DNA from: Oscillospiraceae bacterium
Lineage (GTDB): Bacteria; Bacillota; Clostridia; Oscillospirales; CAG-272
DNA: 56,574 nucleotides
NCBI GenBank assembly: GCA_015064345.1
Contig: SVSK01000006.1
Span: forward strand, 1 to 56,574
Direction: 5' to 3'
Shown here in pieces: positions 1-8,706 of the stretch (its first letter is position 1; each line of letters begins with the position of its first letter). A program made the translations under genes and the position numbers. Below the pieces are notes generated by a model that ran no database searches, was not told where the DNA came from, and worked only from the letters and a program-made list of their open reading frames with translations.

Positions 1-1162
1 CAGCGGTCGAGCCCATCTGTGTATATGCGAAAACGTACGGATCCACAGCCTCGAGGCGGATTTCAACCGTATACGTAGAAGACGGAGCGAAGACGTCACT
101 GCTTGCATTCAGGTAATTGCCGCTTTTGTCCATCCACGCAACACCACTTCTGTAAGCAAAGTTGGTGAGGCTGTCTCGCTTGTACGTGGAATCTCCGCAG
201 GTAATGTCATAATCAGGTTTGAAATCAGCCTTCGGATCATCCACGTTCGTGATGTCAACGTGCGTGATCTTTCTTGAGGCATTACACTTAAATTGCACCG
301 ACACGAAAATAACCTCGCTTCCCGGAGCTACGCTGTTGTCGGGCAGTACTGTCGCCGTTTTGCCGTTTATCGTTACAGAAACTGTCGGGAACGGGTATCC
401 GGGGGACGCAAAGAAGTGGTTCGGGTCGGTTCTGAATTCATAACCTGCCATTGCCTTGATCGCCATATGGCAGCTATAGGTCTTGCCCTCCTCGAAGTAT
501 TCCTGATTTGTCATCTTTCTCGATCCGTCATACCAAGCAACGTCGTAGTAATATCCCCTATTGTCGGTGAGATACTGCACGTTCGACGGAAGACTTCCCA
601 CGGGATACTTTGCGCGATCCCCTGCATATGGTTCCTCAACTCCGGTGATTGAGATGCTGTTAATATAAGTCGCAGTGCTTTCCGTTGCGGGGAAGGTACA
701 TCTGACGGTGAGATACTTCTCGTTGTCCTTGCCATATACATTCAGTACCTGCGCGTCAAATTCGCCATATTCAGCGTAGTTCGGACTTATGTCAGCGACT
801 ACGGTAGTATATCCGTTTGAGTCGGTGGTGAAGATGTACGCATCCTTAGCCCAAACCTCGAACTCAACTATGTATACAGTATTTCCACGGAAGGTCTCGG
901 TTCCCCCAACAGCGTTTGAAGCAGATACCGAGTCATGGTACCAGTTAACACTCATTATCGAGTACTGACCGGGCGAGTTTTCTTCAACGTCAAAATCCGG
1001 TTTCTGTCCTGCTTCGGGAATCGCGCAGCCACGGATTCCGATATATCCGCACGTCTTGAAATTCTCCTTTGCCGCAAATACGGACGTAGGAATAACACCT
1101 ACGAACATAATTACGCACATAAGGAACGCCAGTGTGAAAGCTAAAATTCTGCTGTGTTTCAT
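1..1162 (-). CDS. Secreted/surface protein with tandem ~120-aa beta-rich repeats (partial, runs off window start)
   Basis: Hand translation from ATG at 1162 (AGGAG at 1171-1175): MKHSRILAFTLAFLMCVIMFVGVIPTSVFAAKE (signal peptide), open to window edge; three similar units beginning IGIRGCAIPEAGQKPDF, ISITGVEEPYAGDRAKY, VDITNVDDPKADFKPDY. Absent from ORF track because there is no stop in the window. Confidence 0.85.
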   Translation of the reverse strand, partial: MKHSRILAFTLAFLMCVIMFVGVIPTSVFAAKENFKTCGYIGIRGCAIPEAGQKPDFDVEENSPGQYSIMSVNWYHDSVSASNAVGGTETFRGNTVYIVEFEVWAKDAYIFTTDSNGYTTVVADISPNYAEYGEFDAQVLNVYGKDNEKYLTVRCTFPATESTATYINSISITGVEEPYAGDRAKYPVGSLPSNVQYLTDNRGYYYDVAWYDGSRKMTNQEYFEEGKTYSCHMAIKAMAGYEFRTDPNHFFASPGYPFPTVSVTINGKTATVLPDNSVAPGSEVIFVSVQFKCNASRKITHVDITNVDDPKADFKPDYDITCGDSTYKRDSLTNFAYRSGVAWMDKSGNYLNASSDVFAPSSTYTVEIRLEAVDPYVFAYTQMGSTA

Positions 1163-1191
1163 AAGTAAATCTCCTTTTTTGAAGAATTCAG

Positions 1192-1220
1192 TTGACCGAA
1201 ATAAATAAATGTGTTATAAT
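1192..1220 (+). promoter_or_regulatory. sigmaA-type promoter for the LuxR-family gene
   Basis: TTGACC-17 nt-TATAAT with TG extended -10. Confidence 0.6.
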
Positions 1221-1392
1221 GGGTTTCAGAGAACTCCACATTATAATTAATATATTCTAATTATATTTTACACTCTGCACGTTTTGATGTCGCCACACCT
1301 TGAAAAAATAAAAGTGTGGGAAAACAGGTATATTTTAGGGTTTGGTGTGGGTAGGTAGTGTGGTTTTCTTATTATTTTTCATTAAGGAGGGA

Positions 1393-2445
1393 ATGACTGT
1401 GAAAAAAATACTGCCGACGGCTGCTGTTCTTTCAGCTCTTCCTCTCCTTTTGTCCTCTTGCTCTGATATCGGAAGTAAAGATGCCAGCACTTCCCTTGTA
1501 TATCTCATGGCGGCAATCTTCTCGTTGATACTGCTGGGAATGTGTCTGCTGATAAGGGACAAGGACCCGTGGCTCGTTGTGCTCTTTGCCTCGGTGCTTG
1601 TAGTAAATACAGGCTACTATATGCTATCCGTCTCATCCACTCTTCAATTCGCGCTTTGGGCTAACAGAATATCATACCTCGGTTCTGTTTTCCTCCCCAT
1701 TTCGATGCTGATGATCATTTTGAAAGCGGTAGACATTAAATTCAAAAAATGGTGTCCTTATGCCCTTTGCGGAATCGGTTCCGCTGTATTTCTTATTGCG
1801 GCAAGCCCGGGTATACTTGACATTTACTATAAGGAAGTTACACTTGTTACAAAGAACGGCGTATCCATGCTTGAAAAGGTATACGGTCCTTTGCATGTAG
1901 TTAACCTTATCTATCTTCTCGGCATTTTCTCCGCCATCGTTGCATCAATTATTTTAGCTATCGCAAAAAAGAAGATCAGCTCTCCCGTCAACTCTGTGAT
2001 ACTCGCCTCTGCAGTATTCATCAACATCGGCGTGTGGTTTATTGAACAGATCGTTGACATTGATTTTGAGGTGCTGTCCGTTTCGTATATCGTCAGTGAG
2101 ATCTTTCTTCTGGCAGTTAACGTGCTTATGGCGGAAAACGAACGTCTCAAAATCGGCTCCGAGGCAACCAATCAGAAAAAGCCTGAATCCGAGATGATAA
2201 GTGATACTGTTTTTGCCAAGGAGGATGTAGCCATCTACGTTTCGGGACAGTCAAGTCTTACTCAAACGGAACGTATGATTTTCGATCTCTACACCACGGG
2301 AAAAACCACCCGCGAGATCATGGCAGAAATGCATATTACGGAAAACACGCTAAAGTTCCACAACAAGAATATCTACAGCAAGCTGGGCGTATCGTCAAGA
2401 AAACAGCTTGTTGAAATATACAAGTACATCAGCACCGGTGAGTAA
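1393..2445 (+). CDS. Membrane-anchored one-component regulator: multi-TM (HisKA_7TM-like) sensor fused to LuxR HTH
   Basis: AAGGAGG before ATG 1393 (GTG 1399 also possible); about 7 hydrophobic segments; C-terminal LTQTERMIFDL..GKTTREIMAEMHITENTLKFHNKNIYSKLGVSSR is a LuxR HTH. Confidence 0.85.
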   Translation: MTVKKILPTAAVLSALPLLLSSCSDIGSKDASTSLVYLMAAIFSLILLGMCLLIRDKDPWLVVLFASVLVVNTGYYMLSVSSTLQFALWANRISYLGSVFLPISMLMIILKAVDIKFKKWCPYALCGIGSAVFLIAASPGILDIYYKEVTLVTKNGVSMLEKVYGPLHVVNLIYLLGIFSAIVASIILAIAKKKISSPVNSVILASAVFINIGVWFIEQIVDIDFEVLSVSYIVSEIFLLAVNVLMAENERLKIGSEATNQKKPESEMISDTVFAKEDVAIYVSGQSSLTQTERMIFDLYTTGKTTREIMAEMHITENTLKFHNKNIYSKLGVSSRKQLVEIYKYISTGE

Positions 2446-2464
2446 AGTCTCCGGTGTTTTTTGT
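2431..2464 (+). terminator. Intrinsic terminator, repeat family A copy 1 (contains the LuxR stop codon)
   Basis: AGCACCGGTGAGTAAAGTCTCCGGTGTTTTTTGT hairpin plus T tract; identical to 8508-8541. Confidence 0.8.
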
Positions 2465-2568
2465 GTCGAGCAGCAATTTTGCAGTCACGCTTACTTCGAA
2501 TTCCCCTAAGCAACAGAGAAATTTGCCCGTTCATTTTGGCGACATGGAAACAAATTTCTGCTCAGCGA

Positions 2569-2597
2569 TTGATTTTTTGTAGCATAGGTGATATAAT
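2569..2597 (+). promoter_or_regulatory. sigmaA-type promoter for GH3 gene
   Basis: TTGATT-17 nt-TATAAT with TG extended -10. Confidence 0.6.
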
Positions 2598-2642
2598 TAC
2601 GGCAAGAAAATATTGGCTCTTGGATCCGACAAAGGAGAGAAA

Positions 2643-4814
2643 ATGAAAATCGATCTTCAAAAATTACTTGAAAGCTTAACTCTTGAACAGAAGCTTGCAC
2701 AGCTTACACCTGCAGGACCGTACAAGGAATTTGTTGTTGATAATAAATTCAACAGCGAGCTTGCAAGAGAGGCATATCCGAACGGATTTTTCGGCATGAT
2801 GGTCCCTGTGGGAATCGAGCCTGAGGTGATCGGCGAATGGGTGTGCGAGCTGTATAAATGCTCTGCTGAACTGACCCCGATCCCGCCGATGGTTATGTGC
2901 GAATCTCTCCACGGCATACTCGGCAAGGGTGCGACCATGTTCCCCCAGTCCATCGGTATGGGCGGTACGTTCGATCCCGATCTTATGCGCCGCGTAGGTG
3001 AAGCGATCGGCAAGGAAGCCCGCGCTATGGGTATCAGACTGTCCCTTGCACCTGACCTTGACCTGGGACGCGACCCTCGTTGGGGAAGAATCGAGGAAAC
3101 CTACGGTGAATCCTCCTATCTCGTCAGAAAAATGGGTGAAGCATACGTAGAAGGCCTTGTAAGCGAGAACCGCGACTACGTTGCATGTGTCAAGCATTTT
3201 GCGGCTCACGGCCATCCCGTTGCGGGAATCAATCTCGCGCCTGTTACCGTAACTCCCCAGGAGCTTGAGGACAAATATCTCCCTCCCTTCAAGGCTGCGA
3301 TAGATGCAGGTGCTATGTCCGTAATGCCTGCGTATTCTGCGCTCAACGGCATTCCCTGCCACGGAAACAAGTTCCTTATGGACGACATTCTCAGACAGAA
3401 ATGGGGATTTGACGGCGTTGTTATAAGTGACTTCGGCGGAATCGAGATGATGAACGGCTTCCAGCGCTGTACCGAAAGTATGAAGGAATCGGGTAAGCTG
3501 GCGTTCTCCGTGGGTATTGACGTTGAGGCACCCTATCCCCGTACATACAGAGACCTGAAGGCTCTCGTAGAGGAAGGTGCAATTTCCATGGAGGCCATCG
3601 ACAAGTCTGTACTTCGTATCCTGAAGCTGAAGGCGGATATCGGTCTCTTCGATATGCAGCTTCCCACCATTGACAATATCAGACGCACTGTACGCTCCGA
3701 TGAGCACAAGGCACTCGCCCGTGAAGCAGCCCGCAAGTCCATGACTCTGCTTAAGAACAACGGCATGCTGCCTATTAACACCGACACCTGCAAGAAGATC
3801 GCAGTAGTCGGCCCTAACGCATACGTTGCACAGATCGGAGACTACGCTATTCCTCAGCCTGAGCTTAAGACACCGCTGACGGCAATTACGGAAAGGGCAA
3901 CAAAGTCTGACGTCACAGTATTCTCTGCAAAGGGATGCAGCATTTACGGAACTGACACATCCGGCTTTGCTGAAGCTGAAGAAGCGGCAAGAGAAGCAGA
4001 TGCAGTTATTTGCATCATTGGCGGACAGAGCTCCAGAGGCGCGGGTATCGGTTGGGGTACTGAGGACGAAACGATTCTGACCTGCGGTGAGGGCTGTGAC
4101 GCACACGATCTCATCCCCGGCGGACCTCAGCTGGATCTTGTAAGAAAGATGATCGAAGTTGGCAAGCCTGTGGCGATTGTTATGATAGACGGACGCCCGG
4201 AAACCTTGTTCGATGCAGCGGAAAACTGCGACGCACTTGTGGCGGCATGGTATCCCGGTGAAGAGGGTTCAAATGCCCTTGCTGAGCTGTTATTCGGAGA
4301 TGCAAACTTCTCAGGTAAGCTTCCCGTATCCTTCCCCCGCCATGTTGGACAGATCCCGATCTACCATGACAGAGTTCCCAGCGAATGCGGCTTCTACAAG
4401 TCTCCCGGCACACCCGAAAAACCCGGACGCGACTACGTATTCGGCCCCACCACACCTGAATTCGAATTCGGCTACGGTATCGGCTACTCTGAGATAAAAT
4501 ACTCCTCACTCTCCGCAGAACGCGTACAGGATGGCATAAAGGTTGCTGTTACCCTTGAAAACGCAGGCGAATACAACGCTGAAGAGTCCGTACTTGTATT
4601 CGTGCGCGACGAGGTGGCAAGTATGCCCCAGCCGATCAAAAAGCTGGTTGCATTTAAGAAAGCCAGCCTTGATCCGAGTAAAGCGGCTGAGACTGAAATA
4701 CTCATCCCGAATGAGGAGCTTATGTTCACGGGTGCGGATATGGTGAAGCGTCTTGAGCCCGGCTGGTTTACCGTAATGGTAGGCGGTCTTGAGACTCGTG
4801 TTTACGCCGAATAA
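2643..4814 (+). CDS. Glycoside hydrolase family 3 (beta-glucosidase/beta-xylosidase type)
   Basis: Motifs ESLHG, RDPRWGRIEETYGE, KHF, GFDGVVISD (nucleophile), AWYPGEEG, C-terminal fibronectin-like domain; AAGGAG RBS before ATG 2643; no signal peptide. Confidence 0.95.
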   Translation: MKIDLQKLLESLTLEQKLAQLTPAGPYKEFVVDNKFNSELAREAYPNGFFGMMVPVGIEPEVIGEWVCELYKCSAELTPIPPMVMCESLHGILGKGATMFPQSIGMGGTFDPDLMRRVGEAIGKEARAMGIRLSLAPDLDLGRDPRWGRIEETYGESSYLVRKMGEAYVEGLVSENRDYVACVKHFAAHGHPVAGINLAPVTVTPQELEDKYLPPFKAAIDAGAMSVMPAYSALNGIPCHGNKFLMDDILRQKWGFDGVVISDFGGIEMMNGFQRCTESMKESGKLAFSVGIDVEAPYPRTYRDLKALVEEGAISMEAIDKSVLRILKLKADIGLFDMQLPTIDNIRRTVRSDEHKALAREAARKSMTLLKNNGMLPINTDTCKKIAVVGPNAYVAQIGDYAIPQPELKTPLTAITERATKSDVTVFSAKGCSIYGTDTSGFAEAEEAAREADAVICIIGGQSSRGAGIGWGTEDETILTCGEGCDAHDLIPGGPQLDLVRKMIEVGKPVAIVMIDGRPETLFDAAENCDALVAAWYPGEEGSNALAELLFGDANFSGKLPVSFPRHVGQIPIYHDRVPSECGFYKSPGTPEKPGRDYVFGPTTPEFEFGYGIGYSEIKYSSLSAERVQDGIKVAVTLENAGEYNAEESVLVFVRDEVASMPQPIKKLVAFKKASLDPSKAAETEILIPNEELMFTGADMVKRLEPGWFTVMVGGLETRVYAE

Positions 4815-4845
4815 GTCGCGGATTTCCCGAAAATTACATAAAATC

Positions 4846-4945
4846 AAAAAGCCTTGCTGAGACAAATCGGCATGGCTTTTTTTGGTACTGTCACAAAAAA
4901 ATCCGAACCCTTTGCTGCTTGGCATTAGGTTCGGATTATTATTTT
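4846..4945. terminator. Two adjacent hairpins between convergent genes
   Basis: AAAAAGCC..GGCTTTTTTT (4846-4883) and AATCCGAACC..GGTTCGGATT (about 4900-4938). Confidence 0.7.
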
Positions 4946-4965
4946 ACTTATCGATCTATTAAGTC

Positions 4966-6351
4966 TTAACCGATCTTGGGAAGGCTTGCTGCTGCGATGG
5001 ACTGACCTACGCGGCGGCTGCTTTCGTCGGGAAGGTGAATTGTGATCTTTTCAGCGAGCTCGGGGAATTCTTCAACGAGTACCTTCTGAGCATTCTTGTA
5101 AAGGATGTTTCCGCCCTCACCGGAGGATACACGACCCATGAGAAGAACGTGCTTGATATCATAGAAGATTGCGTAGTAAGCTACAGCGTAGCCGAAATAT
5201 GCACCGATTGTCTCGTAGATCTTTACAGCGCGCTCGTCGCCTTCTGCCATAAGACCCTGAACGACCTTAAGCTTTTCAGCAGGAGATGCGCTCTCGTCAA
5301 GTTCGATTCCCGCAGCGGGAGCAAGCTTGATTACGGAATCCTGAGAGAAATACTTAACGCCGCAGCCGTAGTCGCCGGACCATTCGTCAACCATTGCATC
5401 CTTGTTGTAGTCAGCGGGAACGAATGCAAGCTCGTTGAGCCAGCCTGTGATGTTACCGTTGCCGTCAACGTATCCGCCGGCTTCACTTGTACCCATAGCA
5501 ACACCGAGAACGTTGGTGTCATCAAGATCCATTGCGCCTGCAAGAGCAGTAACGTCACCGTCGTTGGCAACTTCGATCGGAACGCCGCCAAGCTCCTTTG
5601 CGATGTCGGTGTAGATGCTCTTAACAACCTTTTCAAATGCTTCGGGGTTCTCGTTCTTTACCTTGAGGAAGAGGGAGGATGTCATAATGCGGTTTCCGAT
5701 TACAACGCCTGCTGTAGATACGCCGATAGCGTCAACTTTGGGCATCTTGGAAGCCGCAGTCTTCATAGCTTCCATAATTCCTTCGTAGTGGTACTGAGGA
5801 TCGTTCTGAAGCTTGGGGAACCAAACAACTTCTTCGGAGTAAGTAGCCTCACCGTTTACAACTGCGCTTACCTTACGGTCACTTCCGCCTGCGTCAAAGC
5901 CAATGCGGCAACCGTCAAGATGGCGGCCAACGGGGGATGCGGTCTCCTTTGATACGGGAGCTTCTTCAAAAGGAACGTGGATCACTTCAAAGGGAGCCTC
6001 GTAAACACCGGACATGAAGTCGCGGTCAAATGCGCGGATGCCGCTCTCAGAGTAATCCTCCTTAATTCTGTCAGCAATAACCTTTGAGCCTGCAATGATG
6101 ATCTTATAACCGCCGCGTACCCAGAGAAGAGTCTTGATGATTCTTTCAACAAAGTCGTGGTTTTCTTCATCGTGGCCTGTGCCGTCCTTGTATACGTCAA
6201 TGGTAAATACAGAGGTGAGACCGTCGTTTCTTTCAAGTCCGATAGTGAGCTTCTCACCGCCCTCAGCCTTTACTGCAGCTTCAAAATCGCGGTAAACAAC
6301 CGCCATCGGCATAAAACCGGGATCGAGGGGTGCATTAACTTTAAGCTTCAT
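4966..6351 (-). CDS. Long atypical ROK-family protein (putative sugar kinase)
   Basis: IGFDAGGSDRK phosphate-1 motif, ANDGDVTAL, GTSEAGGY; ~140-aa N-terminal extension; overlaps nagA by 11 nt. Confidence 0.8.
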   Translation of the reverse strand: MKLKVNAPLDPGFMPMAVVYRDFEAAVKAEGGEKLTIGLERNDGLTSVFTIDVYKDGTGHDEENHDFVERIIKTLLWVRGGYKIIIAGSKVIADRIKEDYSESGIRAFDRDFMSGVYEAPFEVIHVPFEEAPVSKETASPVGRHLDGCRIGFDAGGSDRKVSAVVNGEATYSEEVVWFPKLQNDPQYHYEGIMEAMKTAASKMPKVDAIGVSTAGVVIGNRIMTSSLFLKVKNENPEAFEKVVKSIYTDIAKELGGVPIEVANDGDVTALAGAMDLDDTNVLGVAMGTSEAGGYVDGNGNITGWLNELAFVPADYNKDAMVDEWSGDYGCGVKYFSQDSVIKLAPAAGIELDESASPAEKLKVVQGLMAEGDERAVKIYETIGAYFGYAVAYYAIFYDIKHVLLMGRVSSGEGGNILYKNAQKVLVEEFPELAEKITIHLPDESSRRVGQSIAAASLPKIG

Positions 6352-7492
6352 AAATCGTTGTACCTTTCTTTATAGTTCTGATTATGTTGATGTTTTCGTC
6401 AGCGATAATGATATCCGCATCCTTACCCTCTTCAAGAGAGCCGATACGGTTGTCGCAACGGATCGCCTTTGCAGGGTTGAGGGATGCCATCTTGAAGACC
6501 TCGTTTACGGGGAGGTCTGTGTGATCGAGAACGTTCTTCACCGCACTGTTGAGCTTTAGAACGCTACCTGCGATAGTACCGTCAGCGAGGCGGCACTCGA
6601 TTCCCTTGAGGAAGATAGGCTGTCCGCCAAGATCGTATTCACCGTCGGGCATTCCGCCTGCGCGAGTACAGTCTGTGATCAGCACCATCTTGTCTCCCTT
6701 GACCTTGGCAACGATTGAATAAAGGCCGGGATTGATGTGGAATGTATCTGCAATAACTTCAACAGAAACGTTATCGGATGCAAGAGCCGCACCAACAACA
6801 CCGGGGTTTCTGTGAGCAAGGGCTGACATAGCATTGAAGAGGTGGGTAGCATGGTTTACGCCGTCCTTAGCCGCACTCATAGCTTCCTCGAACTTTGCAT
6901 CTGTGTGACCCATGGAAACCAGCACGTTTGATTCCGCAGCCAGCTTCTTGATGCATGCGTGTCCCTCGTCCATTTCGGGAGCAAGTGTTACGGATGTGAT
7001 GATATCCGCGTTTTCGATGATGAAGTCAGCGTCAGGCTTAAGAATGTTCTCTTCTGCCTGTGCACCCTTCTTTGAGGGATTGATAAAGGGTCCTTCAGCG
7101 TGAACACCGATGATTTCGGCACCGCCCCATGTCTTGCTTTCTTCCTTGAGAGAGCGTACTGCGTTAAGAGCAGCGATGATCTGATCCTTTGAAACCGTCA
7201 TTGTGGTGGGGAGGAATGCGGTAACGCCGTTTTTGGCTACACCGTAAGCCATTTTTTTGATTCCCTCGGGTTTAGCATCGGAGGTATCCTCTCCGAGATA
7301 TCCGTGGATATGAATATCAATAAGTCCGGGTGCGACGTAATTGCCGCCTGCGTCGATCACGTCAGCGCCTGCAGGAACTTCGTCCACCAGTCCGCAGATC
7401 TTTCCGCTAACGCTGTCGAAAGCGAGAGATTTGCCGCATAAAACCGAATCGGGAAGAACGATTTTACCGTTGGTTATGTATGTCAGTGCCAT
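6341..7492 (-). CDS. nagA: N-acetylglucosamine-6-phosphate deacetylase
   Basis: PGLIDIHIHG, HAEGPFIN..KKGA, TLAPE, SMGHT, THLFNAM, LITD, IAGS, SLNPA. Confidence 0.97.
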   Translation of the reverse strand: MALTYITNGKIVLPDSVLCGKSLAFDSVSGKICGLVDEVPAGADVIDAGGNYVAPGLIDIHIHGYLGEDTSDAKPEGIKKMAYGVAKNGVTAFLPTTMTVSKDQIIAALNAVRSLKEESKTWGGAEIIGVHAEGPFINPSKKGAQAEENILKPDADFIIENADIITSVTLAPEMDEGHACIKKLAAESNVLVSMGHTDAKFEEAMSAAKDGVNHATHLFNAMSALAHRNPGVVGAALASDNVSVEVIADTFHINPGLYSIVAKVKGDKMVLITDCTRAGGMPDGEYDLGGQPIFLKGIECRLADGTIAGSVLKLNSAVKNVLDHTDLPVNEVFKMASLNPAKAIRCDNRIGSLEEGKDADIIIADENINIIRTIKKGTTIYEA

Positions 7493-7669
7493 ATTTTGTA
7501 GCTCCTTGTAAATGATTTCCTTGGGTCATAGTATAACAAAAATTAATGAATAATTTTTGAATTTTTTATGAATTTTATGTGTTGCGCCTTTATTTCGAAT
7601 GATAATTATGATAATATATTGTTGAACAAAATATCAATGCCCACCGGGCGTACAGATTGGAGAAAAATA

Positions 7670-8473
7670 ATGTATATTATTAGTGCAGTTGTTGAGAAAA
7701 ATCAGTCCAAAGTTGCATTGTTCGATAAAGAATACAAGTTTTTAGCAAAGAAAGAGGGCGCTGTGGCTGACGTTGCAGGACTCTGCTCCGAGATTATCAC
7801 AGAAGCGGGAATCAATGCTTCCGACGTAGCTTACGCAGGCGTTGCAGCCGATGAGATTCTCTCCGGCCTCGAAGAAAAGCTCGGTGTTCGCGTGCTCGGT
7901 ACAACGCTGATTAACGCAAAGGCTCTTGGCGAGGCATATGAGCTGAACGACGCTGACACTCTTGTAATCGTAAAGATCGACGAGACAGTAGAGTGCGGTA
8001 TAATCATGGACAAGAAGGCTTATACAGGCGCACACAACCAGAGCGCGAAGCTCGCTCATATGGTTATAGGCTTTGGCGGCTACGAATGCACTTGCGGCAG
8101 ACGCGGTTGCTTCGAGGCTTATGCAAGCATTTCCGGTCTTAACCGCATCGCGGCTGAATCCGGTGTTGCAGGTGCAGGGGAGCTTACACACGCACAGCTT
8201 TTCGCTATGGATACTCCCGAGGCAAAGAGCGCACAGAAGCTTTACGTTGAATATCTTGCAAGCGGTATTACAAATATCGTTAACCTTTTCCAGCCCCGTC
8301 ATCTCGTGCTTGATGGCGCATTCACAAAGGTTGGCGATGCGCTTATGACTCCCGTGATCGACATCATTCTCCGCGATCAGTACACACACAGCAACCCGAA
8401 CAAGTGCGAGATCAGATTTGCAAACACTGAAGCGGACACAGCACTTCTCGGTGCGGCACTGCTTGGCAGATAA
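7670..8473 (+). CDS. Degenerate ROK-family protein
   Basis: CTCGRRGCFEAYAS zinc motif and ALLGAA C-terminus retained; ATP and sugar motifs degenerate; GGAG RBS before ATG 7670. Confidence 0.85.
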   Translation: MYIISAVVEKNQSKVALFDKEYKFLAKKEGAVADVAGLCSEIITEAGINASDVAYAGVAADEILSGLEEKLGVRVLGTTLINAKALGEAYELNDADTLVIVKIDETVECGIIMDKKAYTGAHNQSAKLAHMVIGFGGYECTCGRRGCFEAYASISGLNRIAAESGVAGAGELTHAQLFAMDTPEAKSAQKLYVEYLASGITNIVNLFQPRHLVLDGAFTKVGDALMTPVIDIILRDQYTHSNPNKCEIRFANTEADTALLGAALLGR

Positions 8474-8507
8474 ATCTGAACAGCGGAACAAAATAATCAA
8501 ATACATA

Positions 8508-8541
8508 AGCACCGGTGAGTAAAGTCTCCGGTGTTTTTTGT
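8508..8541 (+). terminator. Intrinsic terminator, repeat family A copy 2
   Basis: Identical 34-mer to 2431-2464. Confidence 0.8.
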
Positions 8542-8641
8542 AGGACAAACGAGTGAACAGTCCTCCACGGGGAAGCTTCGATGCAGAATCCCGACAGAGA
8601 TCGCCCGGCAAAATAAGTGCGAAATTGATTCCCCTGCATTA

Positions 8642-8670
8642 TTGACATTCCGCATTTATTGTGGTATTCT
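8642..8670 (+). promoter_or_regulatory. sigmaA-type promoter
   Basis: TTGACA-17 nt-TATTCT with TG extended -10. Confidence 0.65.
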
Positions 8671-8706
8671 TTTAGTAAAATACAAGAAAACTCGGAGATA
8701 CACTAT

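Noticed and set aside
2676-4106. 476-aa minus-strand ORF
   Set aside because: Antisense shadow of the GH3 gene; no motifs or RBS.
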